Below, piece after piece: positions 41,919 to 50,276 of a DNA stretch of 64,000 nt (position 1 is its first letter; each line of letters opens with the position of its first letter). The notes beneath the pieces are model-generated. The model searched no databases and had not been told where the DNA came from. It saw only the letters and a program-made list of their open reading frames with translations. This DNA is from Patescibacteria group bacterium (GTDB taxonomy: Bacteria; Patescibacteriota; Minisyncoccia; Phycocordibacterales; PALSA-1337): contig JBBTTD010000003.1 in the NCBI GenBank assembly GCA_038064415.1, positions 2,597-66,596 of the forward strand, in the 5' to 3' direction. A program made the position numbers and the translations under genes.

Positions 41919-44594
41919 ATGAAAAGTCGGTTTTTACTCGTCATATCAATCTTACTTCTCTCCTCTAATATTGTTTTTGCTCGCGCGACATCATTTTCCA
42001 TTGGCGAGACCACGGATCCCGGGGCAGACGCAAGTCCTTGTGGACCACTGGACGCAAACTGTTTTCCCAGTATGTTCGGTGGTTCTACTGGTCAAGGATG
42101 GATATATACTAATAACGGATCAACACTTCTTTCATCGTCAAGTCCGACAGTGAACTATATCACGGCAACTTCCACTACGGCGACATCAACTTTTCACGGT
42201 CCGATTAATTCCTCAATATTAAGCGCTGGTGGTACCGGTTTCGTTACCGCTGATGTAAATGGAACCTTACAAAAAAGCTATCTTGATCAGTTACTTGACA
42301 ACTTTGGTTTGGCTAATCTTTCTAAGAAATTTTACAATATTCAATATTCTGTTCCAACCATTCCCGTAGTTGGAAGCGTCGGTAACAGCGTCATAGTAGG
42401 GAAGTGGACTTATATGGCAAAAGCGTTGATGAATAGATATGGTTATGCGGGATATGAAATGGGTTGGGGACTCAACACTTCTGCCGGAGTGACTTCAAAT
42501 ACGACGGATTTTACTAATTGGGTGAGTGGATTCACCTATGATGTTCACTCCGACGACACCGTGACTTTTGCCAATCCTTTCAACGGCTCGGATTCAACAA
42601 GTTCCACATTCGCAAACATTTTAAAAGTCTATTATGTGCAACAATCATCAGGTGGGACATTTAAAATCCAGACATCATTAGATGGCGCAAGCTGGGTTGA
42701 TGAGCAAACCGTTGATTCAAGTGGTGCTACCGCTGGTGTTGTCGTGTCCGTCACTAAAACTATTGGCATGTATCGAATTAGAGTATTGGGTGTGACAGGC
42801 ACCTCAAAAATTATTAGTTTGGCCGCCAGACTTACTGACAGCTCAAATAGTTGGAGAAGTGGAATTGTCGCAGTAGGTCCATACGGTCTTGGTCAGGGTG
42901 GAAAAACTTTGGCAAATTTTAGTTCCGTTGATCCCAATATTTTAAATCCTATCATGCAAAATATACAACCCGACCTATTGTTCTTTGAACTAAAAGGAAC
43001 GGTTGACGCAACGGTCATGCCAACATATTACAACCTGTTTGATACCGCCTATTCAACTGATTGGATAATATTAGGGACGAACCCATCATCTGACCCAACT
43101 ACAAACACTGCCGTGGCTGAAACGGTTGATTATTTGAGACAATTTGCCAAAGATAATAATCAAAACTTTCTTAGTCTTTATGATATTTGGGGTACTTGGC
43201 AAAATGGTTATGATATTGGAATGCAAAATGTTGATGGAACACATCCAACCACTGATGGTTATATCAATCAAGCTGAATATATTTTAGGTCACTTTAATTT
43301 GTTGAATTTTTTCAAAGCAGGAAACTATTATAGTAATTCTTACATTCCCGTCCCGACCCTAACCGGATCAAGCAGAGGAACTATATATCAATCTACTGAC
43401 AATCATAATATATTTGCCATAACTTCTCCTAAAAATTATTCAAAGACATTTTATTTGGGGAATAGCGATAGCGGAGGCAACGCTTTTACTATTTACGTCT
43501 ACCCGGAAAATGATACGACATATCCCGGAGTCGTGAGCATGGTCTCTAAGGCCGGTCATGTCTTAAGTTACAACACCTCCGGTAATATACAGATTGGTAC
43601 TCAATATACCACTCAAACACAAGCTGCCGTTAGAATATCTCCATATTCAGCAAGTTCCCGTGGTTTATGGGTCAATGGATTGTCAGGTCAAACCGCTAAT
43701 TTGCAAGTCTGGACCGCGAGTAGTACTGATATTGCCACGAATGTCGTGGCTTCAATGAGTAGCGCCGGTAGTTTTACGGCGGCAAACCTTATAGTTTCTA
43801 CAACCACTGCCACTTCTACACTTTCCGGAGGTCTCACGGTCGGCAACAATTCTGCCCTAGTCATTGATCGAGGGGCGACAGCCAACTCACTTTATATCAA
43901 TTCGAGTGGCAATATCGGAATCGGCACCACCTCCCCCTCTGCCAAACTCTCTGTTGCCGGTAGTACATATCTAGGTGGCGATCTTACTGCTACGGGTACG
44001 GTACAGTTTGCCAATTTTGGCGCGGGTTCGCTCATGACTGATGCAAATGGAAATGTGAGTGTATCATCCGATGAGAGATTAAAAAATATCCAAAAAAAAT
44101 TCACAAAAGGATTAAGTGAAATCTTGTTTATTGATCCGATAAATTATAAATGGAATAAGCTGTCCGGATTAGACACGGTAAATTCATATACTGGATTTGA
44201 CGCGCAAAATGTCCAGGAGTACATACCAGAAGCTGTCGGACAGAACAAAAACGGCTATCTCACTCTTTCAGACAGGCCAATACTTGCCGCCGTGGTCAAT
44301 GCCATTAAGACTTTGAATGACACAGTCACAAGAGGTATTGCTACTATGAAATCTCTCGCGCTTGATGCTCTTACAGCGAAAAAGGTGACGACGAGTATGC
44401 TTTGTGTTGATGATATTTGTGTTACTAAAGATGAATTTAAAGCGATGATGCTAAATGCTGGTCAGAATCTCGTTATTGTCACGACGACGGACGAGGATGT
44501 TATTGCTTCAACTACCACGGAAGAATTGAGTGAAATAGTCGCTACTTCAACGCGGTCAACCATAGATGCAAGCACAACGACTCCAATCCAATAA
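41919..44594 (+). CDS. Secreted protein with SGNH-like domain and peptidase S74 (tail-fibre chaperone) domain
   Basis: Signal peptide, VGNS..GQGG..DGTHP, GNIGIGTTSP.AKL repeat, SSDERLKN..GFDAQNVQ.YIPEAV. Confidence 0.8.
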   Translation: MKSRFLLVISILLLSSNIVFARATSFSIGETTDPGADASPCGPLDANCFPSMFGGSTGQGWIYTNNGSTLLSSSSPTVNYITATSTTATSTFHGPINSSILSAGGTGFVTADVNGTLQKSYLDQLLDNFGLANLSKKFYNIQYSVPTIPVVGSVGNSVIVGKWTYMAKALMNRYGYAGYEMGWGLNTSAGVTSNTTDFTNWVSGFTYDVHSDDTVTFANPFNGSDSTSSTFANILKVYYVQQSSGGTFKIQTSLDGASWVDEQTVDSSGATAGVVVSVTKTIGMYRIRVLGVTGTSKIISLAARLTDSSNSWRSGIVAVGPYGLGQGGKTLANFSSVDPNILNPIMQNIQPDLLFFELKGTVDATVMPTYYNLFDTAYSTDWIILGTNPSSDPTTNTAVAETVDYLRQFAKDNNQNFLSLYDIWGTWQNGYDIGMQNVDGTHPTTDGYINQAEYILGHFNLLNFFKAGNYYSNSYIPVPTLTGSSRGTIYQSTDNHNIFAITSPKNYSKTFYLGNSDSGGNAFTIYVYPENDTTYPGVVSMVSKAGHVLSYNTSGNIQIGTQYTTQTQAAVRISPYSASSRGLWVNGLSGQTANLQVWTASSTDIATNVVASMSSAGSFTAANLIVSTTTATSTLSGGLTVGNNSALVIDRGATANSLYINSSGNIGIGTTSPSAKLSVAGSTYLGGDLTATGTVQFANFGAGSLMTDANGNVSVSSDERLKNIQKKFTKGLSEILFIDPINYKWNKLSGLDTVNSYTGFDAQNVQEYIPEAVGQNKNGYLTLSDRPILAAVVNAIKTLNDTVTRGIATMKSLALDALTAKKVTTSMLCVDDICVTKDEFKAMMLNAGQNLVIVTTTDEDVIASTTTEELSEIVATSTRSTIDASTTTPIQ

Positions 44595-44598
44595 TTTC

Positions 44599-45459
44599 AT
44601 GAATAAAAGATACTGTGTTTTAATAATAACTTTGATATTTTATGTATCGCCATCTGTTTTCGCGTCTGAGACATCAGGAACCATTTCCGACAGTTATAGA
44701 ACAACTCGTATCTGTAAAAATGAGATTTGCGGTACTTATGGCACGGTAAACTGGAAACCCACTTTAAACGCACAGACTACTGGCGCGACCGCTGTAACTA
44801 TAACTGATAATGGCATAACAGGTTGGTTATGGGGTGATGAAATAGGTTGGGTCAACATGGATCCGACCGGTAGTGGAGTAACTATAAATTCCACGACGGG
44901 TGTATTGTCAGGATACGCGTACGCGAATACTGGTTCGTGGATCAATTTCGCGCCGACAACTTTTGGAGCGGAACCAGTTGGAGTTACAATAAGTTCAAGC
45001 GGAAAATTTTCTGGTTGGGCGTATGTTTCTGGAATGAATGGCGGATGGATGCGTTTTGATTGTCCGTCCGCGTCTACTTGTATAGAAACAGATTGGAGAC
45101 CGGTTGGCGCTAGAACTACCGCAAATACAATAACAACGCAAACATCCCAAAATTATTCTTCCGGTAGTAGATCTATATGGTCAATAATTATGAACGCGGT
45201 ACCATTTTTTGGTAGATCTAACAATCCGCCACTAATATCCGAGAATATCGCTACAAATAACGATTCCGGTAATTATGGAAGTTTTAATACCAGCGATACG
45301 GCGAATAAACTACTATCAGATTCGTCATATCAGGCAGATCAAAAAGTTGAGGCGACATCTACTGTATTGGGTTCAAAGACCGTCATGGCTGTATTAACCG
45401 GTATAACTTTAGTAATTATTGTAATGATTATTTGGAGGATACTATTTGTGTTGCTATAA
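44599..45459 (+). CDS. Surface protein with G.AW...GWI repeats and C-terminal TM (related to the N-terminus of 5968..7860)
   Basis: TGWLWGDEIGWVNM, SGYAY..TGSWINF, TDWRP. Confidence 0.75.
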   Translation: MNKRYCVLIITLIFYVSPSVFASETSGTISDSYRTTRICKNEICGTYGTVNWKPTLNAQTTGATAVTITDNGITGWLWGDEIGWVNMDPTGSGVTINSTTGVLSGYAYANTGSWINFAPTTFGAEPVGVTISSSGKFSGWAYVSGMNGGWMRFDCPSASTCIETDWRPVGARTTANTITTQTSQNYSSGSRSIWSIIMNAVPFFGRSNNPPLISENIATNNDSGNYGSFNTSDTANKLLSDSSYQADQKVEATSTVLGSKTVMAVLTGITLVIIVMIIWRILFVLL

Positions 45460-45598
45460 CTTTTTAATACTCCCAAATGGGGAAATACAATAAGACCATA
45501 CTGATAATGACAAGGATGCCTACTACCATCATCCCCACACGCATAGCTTTTTGTGATTTTTGATGAAATAACATGGTAAATCTAGTATACTGTGAAGT

Positions 45599-45982
45599 AT
45601 GAAATATGGCAACCGATCTATTTGGAAAAAGGTTATTTCTTCGCCAATAACCACGGTTACGGTTTTGATACTCATATTTTTTTTAGCAAAAGCCACATGG
45701 AATATATATCAGAAAGCTAGTTTGAGCGGTGCTAAACTTTCCCAAGCGCAAGCGGAACTTTTAAAACTCCAAAATCGTCAAAGTGATTTGTCGCGCAAAG
45801 TTGATCATCTTTCAACTGATCAGGGTATTGAAGCGGAGATTCGCACCAAATATCCCGCAGTTAAGGCGGGGGAGTCTGTGGCCGTGATTATTGATGATTC
45901 ACAGACCGCTAATGTCTCGAACGCCACATCAACACCAGAACTTAGTTGGTGGAAAAAAATGTTGCGGATATTTGGGTTGTGA
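45599..45982 (+). CDS. Septum formation initiator (FtsB/DivIC family)
   Basis: TM plus coiled coil plus LSTDQGIEAEIR.K...K.GE. Confidence 0.8.
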   Translation: MKYGNRSIWKKVISSPITTVTVLILIFFLAKATWNIYQKASLSGAKLSQAQAELLKLQNRQSDLSRKVDHLSTDQGIEAEIRTKYPAVKAGESVAVIIDDSQTANVSNATSTPELSWWKKMLRIFGL

Positions 45983-46057
45983 GAAGGATGAGGTATGAGT
46001 TAAGAGCCATGAAATCATAATTTTCATATCTCGTGGCTCTTGTCTCATCGTGATTTT

Positions 46058-46131
46058 GCGGGTATGGTTCAGTGGTAGGACGCGACCTTCCCAAGGTTGA
46101 AACGCGAGTTCAATTCTCGCTACCCGCACCA
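46058..46131 (+). tRNA. tRNA-Gly(CCC)
   Basis: Cloverleaf with GCGGGTA/TACCCGC acceptor, anticodon loop TTCCCAA, encoded CCA. Confidence 0.95.
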
Positions 46132-46182
46132 GAAAATATATGCAAACAAAAAAACAAAGGTTTTTCTTTGCTTCTTATTTTT

Positions 46183-46419
46183 TTATTTTATTCCCAAAAC
46201 TGTCTTCAGTTTACTCTCATCAAAACCTATGACGACCTCACTTCCCGTATCAATGACTGGTACACCCATCTGTCCGGTCTTGTCAATCATCTCTTTTCGT
46301 TTCTCAAGATCTGACGCAACATCATGCTCAGTATACTGGACACCATTTGACTTAAAAAAATTTTTGGCCATATTGCAATAGACGCAAGTTGGCGTTGAAT
46401 AAATAGTTACTGTACTCAT
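46183..46419 (-). CDS. Glutaredoxin-like protein (NrdH/YruB family)
   Basis: YSTPTCVYC, GQMGVPVI, GFD. Confidence 0.92.
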   Translation of the reverse strand: MSTVTIYSTPTCVYCNMAKNFFKSNGVQYTEHDVASDLEKRKEMIDKTGQMGVPVIDTGSEVVIGFDESKLKTVLGIK

Positions 46420-46564
46420 AGTTTGTTATACTTTTTTATTAGAAATAATTTTATTAACCTAAATGTACTTAGTATTATATCACATTTTTAATTTTTGCAA
46501 GTATGTAAATGGAAAATTCAACCCAGTGCTTAATCCAAGCTTTCGCATGTTATAATATACCCCG

Positions 46565-47866
46565 ATGCCATATTTTCACTTATTTTCGGCCTTTACTAGC
46601 CATTTAGAGACTATTGTCGCTCAAGGTGGTTATATATTTCTATTCCTTACGACCATGCTTGAGGGCATACCACTTATAGGGATGGCTATACCAGGGCATG
46701 TAGCCATTATTATCGCGGGTTTTTTAGCTAAAATAGGCTTACTTGATTTGTGGCTAGTTCTTTTATTAGGTGTTGTGGGCGCGATGATTGGTGACTATAT
46801 CGGTTTTTATCTTGGCAGAAAATATGGATTGTCATTTATTGATCGTTTACGACCTTATTTTTTTATTACTGATCAGCATATTGAAAAAGCTAGCAATCTT
46901 CTAGCCAGACATACTGGCAAAGCCCTGATCATTGGTAGATTTAGTCCGGTAACACGACCATTGATGCCTTTTTTGGTCGGTGCCAGCAAGACATCGGAAA
47001 AGAGATTTTGGGTCTTTAATACTATTGGTGGAGCTAGTTGGGCGATTTTATCTGTCTTTATCGGATATATTTTTGGTGCTGGATATCATATTGCCGCTGG
47101 ATATCTTGGTAAATTCGCAATGTTTGCGATCGTTGTTTCAATCATCATTATCTGGGGTTATCATTTTGTAAATGTCAGATTTCACATCTTCAGGCGCTAT
47201 GAGCTGTTTATGCTGATATTAAACCTGTTTTCAATTTATGGTTTAGCCAGAACAATTCAAGATGCTCGTTTTACCATGATCAATCCGATTTGTTCCAGCA
47301 AAATTTGTACATTTGATGTTTATCTAAATCAATTTTTTGATGGAATTGACCGTATTCATCCATTTATTGTCACAATAAGTGAGTGGGTTACAAATATTGG
47401 TGGAACGGCCGTCATGACTGTTTTAGGGGTTTTGTTAATATTTTGGTTTTTGTTTCGCAAAAGATGGCGTTCCGCGGTAGTCACATTCATCTCTATTGGA
47501 TCTACAGGACTATTTCTTGGTTTGATGAAAGCATTCTTCATGCGCGCGCGTCCAGATAACGCTTTGATCTTGATTACAAACGATCCGAGTTTTCCTAGCG
47601 GTCATGCCGCCATGGTAGCAGCATTACTTGTGGTTGTGGCATATCTTTTTGCTCCGAAAATTAAATCACGATTTAAGCGTGAATTTATGATTGTGTTGTG
47701 TGTTCTTGCGATTATCGCGGTTGGTCTTTCAAGAGTTGTCTTGAATGTCCACTGGGCATCTGATGTTGTCGCTGGCTGGTCGTTGGGAATATTCTTTGCG
47801 ACGGCGTCGGTTTTACTTGTTAGGTATGTTGGAGTTTTGGTTGTCGGAAAAACAGATCGGAAATAA
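46565..47866 (+). CDS. DedA-PAP2 phosphatase fusion
   Basis: LEG..G..IPG, GD..GFYLGR, GRF DedA motifs; RARP, SFPSGH, SRV.LNVHWASDV. Confidence 0.92.
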   Translation: MPYFHLFSAFTSHLETIVAQGGYIFLFLTTMLEGIPLIGMAIPGHVAIIIAGFLAKIGLLDLWLVLLLGVVGAMIGDYIGFYLGRKYGLSFIDRLRPYFFITDQHIEKASNLLARHTGKALIIGRFSPVTRPLMPFLVGASKTSEKRFWVFNTIGGASWAILSVFIGYIFGAGYHIAAGYLGKFAMFAIVVSIIIIWGYHFVNVRFHIFRRYELFMLILNLFSIYGLARTIQDARFTMINPICSSKICTFDVYLNQFFDGIDRIHPFIVTISEWVTNIGGTAVMTVLGVLLIFWFLFRKRWRSAVVTFISIGSTGLFLGLMKAFFMRARPDNALILITNDPSFPSGHAAMVAALLVVVAYLFAPKIKSRFKREFMIVLCVLAIIAVGLSRVVLNVHWASDVVAGWSLGIFFATASVLLVRYVGVLVVGKTDRK

Positions 47867-48059
47867 TGTTTTTGAACCTTGTGGGTATTATTTTTTAGTA
47901 CCTGCGGAACTCGCTTCTTAAATTGCTAAGTAAAATGCTCAGGAATTACTCAAATCTTCGACTTGGTAATTCCAACGCCATTCGCATTTTACTAAGCAAT
48001 TTACAGTCGCTCAGATAGTCCTCGGTACTAAAAAATAATACCCACAAGGTTCAAAAACA
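47867..48059. repeat. Structured dispersed repeat, copy 3
   Basis: 36-bp perfect outer IR (47867-47902/48024-48059) around the same core, with compensatory stem changes. Confidence 0.9.
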
Positions 48060-48061
48060 GG

Positions 48062-49573
48062 CTATTTTTTAGTTATCAAAGATTTTCCCGTCATAGACTT
48101 GGGAATGTCAATTCCCAAAAGGTCTAATATTGTAGGCGCGATATCATAAAGAGCACCATCTTTTATAGAATATTCACTATCTGTAATGATGCAGGGGACT
48201 GGACTAGTAGTATGGGAAGTGTGGATAATTCCTGTGTTTGAATCAACATTAATTTCAGCGTTACCATGGTCTGCGGTAATCAAGGCGATGCCGCCTTTTT
48301 CTCCTAGAGTTTTAATGACTCGCTCCAGTTGCTTATCTGTAGTTTCAATGGCCGTAATAATCGCTGGAACATTGGCGGTATGTCCGACCATATCAGGATT
48401 GGCAAAATTTATGAAAATAAAATCCGTACCTCTTTCTATTTCTTTGATGGCGGCGTCGGCGATACTATCGGCGCGCATTTCCGGTGCTTGGTCATGAGTT
48501 TTAATATCTTTCCGGCTTGGAATCAAAATGTCTTGTTCTTTTTCATATGGATTTTCCAAACCACCGTTTAAAAAGTATGTGGCATGGGCGAATTTTTCAG
48601 TTTCAGCGATGCGAGCTTGGGATAGTCCAAAAGCTGAAATCTCTTTTCCTAAAGTTGTCTCAACTTTGTTTGGAGGAAAAGCCATGGCGCAAGTATAGTC
48701 TATGCAATATTCAGTTAGTGTCACAAACATAATGTTTTCTGATTTTGGTATTGCCATCATTTTCTGCGACAACATTCGAGCACGATCGGCGCGGAAATTG
48801 AAAAAGAACACAGCGTCATTATTTTTTATGGCACAACCACTTCCTTCTGGCGTCGCGCAAACGATTGGCTCCATTAATTCATCGCTTTTTCCATTTTTGT
48901 ATTGCTCCTCAATATATGCCGACGGTTTGATTTCACAGACATTTCCTTTGCAATCAAATATTGCCATTTCTACTTTAGCCAGACGATCCCAATTATTATC
49001 TCGGTCCATGGCGTAATATCTTCCAGAAATCGTGGCAATAAAGAAATTTGGACCAAGTCCAGCCAAGATCTTTTCTAATTCTTTAATATACTCCGAAGCG
49101 CTCTGTGGTGGTGTATCGCGTCCGTCAGTAAAAACATGGATTGCCACTTTTGGCACATTATTTTTTTTAGCTAGACGTAAGAATGCGTACAAATGATTTT
49201 GATGACTATGAACTCCGCCTGGACTAAGTAGACCTTGCACATGCAAAGTGGAATTGTATTTTTTGACATGATTAAATAGAGACAGAAAAGCCGGGCTTGT
49301 ATCAAATTCGCCAGAAGCAATTGCTTTATCAATCCTGGTTAAATCAGTATCTGCTGGTTTACCTGTTCCAATTGTCATATGTCCGACTTCACTATTGCCC
49401 ATTTGACCATCTGGTAGTCCTACGGCACTGCCTGAAGCTTTAAGCAGGGAATGCGGGTAAGCATTCCAAAGATAGTCAAAAAATGGTTTTTTTGAGGCGG
49501 CAATTGCGTTATTTTTTGTTTCTTCTCTATAACCCCAACCATCAAGGATGATGAGGGCGACGGGCTTTTTCAT
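48062..49573 (-). CDS. gpmI: 2,3-bisphosphoglycerate-independent phosphoglycerate mutase
   Basis: LIILDGWG, GQMGNSEVGH, GRYYAMDRD, NPDMVGH, TADHGNAE. Confidence 0.97.
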   Translation of the reverse strand: MKKPVALIILDGWGYREETKNNAIAASKKPFFDYLWNAYPHSLLKASGSAVGLPDGQMGNSEVGHMTIGTGKPADTDLTRIDKAIASGEFDTSPAFLSLFNHVKKYNSTLHVQGLLSPGGVHSHQNHLYAFLRLAKKNNVPKVAIHVFTDGRDTPPQSASEYIKELEKILAGLGPNFFIATISGRYYAMDRDNNWDRLAKVEMAIFDCKGNVCEIKPSAYIEEQYKNGKSDELMEPIVCATPEGSGCAIKNNDAVFFFNFRADRARMLSQKMMAIPKSENIMFVTLTEYCIDYTCAMAFPPNKVETTLGKEISAFGLSQARIAETEKFAHATYFLNGGLENPYEKEQDILIPSRKDIKTHDQAPEMRADSIADAAIKEIERGTDFIFINFANPDMVGHTANVPAIITAIETTDKQLERVIKTLGEKGGIALITADHGNAEINVDSNTGIIHTSHTTSPVPCIITDSEYSIKDGALYDIAPTILDLLGIDIPKSMTGKSLITKK

Positions 49574-49778
49574 GAGGTGATTGTAGCATTTCGGGGGAGA
49601 ATTATGAAATAATGTGTTCAAATGTTGATTATCATTAGAACACACTCATAAAGCACGAATTGAAGCCACTATCGCAATATAAATTTTGACATCTAGTCAA
49701 TTTGCTGAGCTAACATCATTAGGGCTTGCATCAGGCGTATAATACTTCTCGCGAGACATAACCCCCTCGCAGACTATT

Positions 49779-49850
49779 ATGGCCAAAAAGCCAAATCCAG
49801 TACCAGCTCCTGCTCCGCAGCAGCCTACAACTCCTCCGCAGACCGTGTAG
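49779..49850 (+). CDS. Putative 23-aa Pro-rich micropeptide
   Basis: MAKKPNPVPAPAPQQPTTPPQTV; TATAAT upstream; hairpin terminator 49867-49898. Confidence 0.45.
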   Translation: MAKKPNPVPAPAPQQPTTPPQTV

Positions 49851-50276
49851 TTTGCGTGGATTTGCAACAAAGAAAACCTCTTGCGAGGTTTTCTTTGTAG
49901 TTGAGTGAGGAGATTGACCAGATTAACCAGTAAGATTATTTCATACGCAATACAACCCGCCGAAGCGGATTGTATGCCATAGGGTAGGCCACATATTTTA
50001 CAGAGGAGAAAGAAATCCAAAAATATAAGTGGGGTCGTAATCCAGCACTAAGGCTGGGTATAGTGTGACTCCTATAATGTGTGTTAAGGATCTTCTCCAT
50101 AGAAATGATAGTAGCCTAATATCAGTATGTACCCACGAATCAAAAAGTCAATCAAATTTTAGGGGAAAACACTGTGAACAAGATGTGTACATCAAGTAAA
50201 TTTCTGTGGATAAGATTTTAGAACACAAAAAATAAAATATGTATGCGCTAAATTCTCAAGCTATTTTAGTTTATCT

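Noticed and set aside
41919-44594. Prophage, suggested by tail-fibre-like domains
   Set aside because: The protein has a signal peptide and sits among core genes; there is no integrase, capsid or terminase gene
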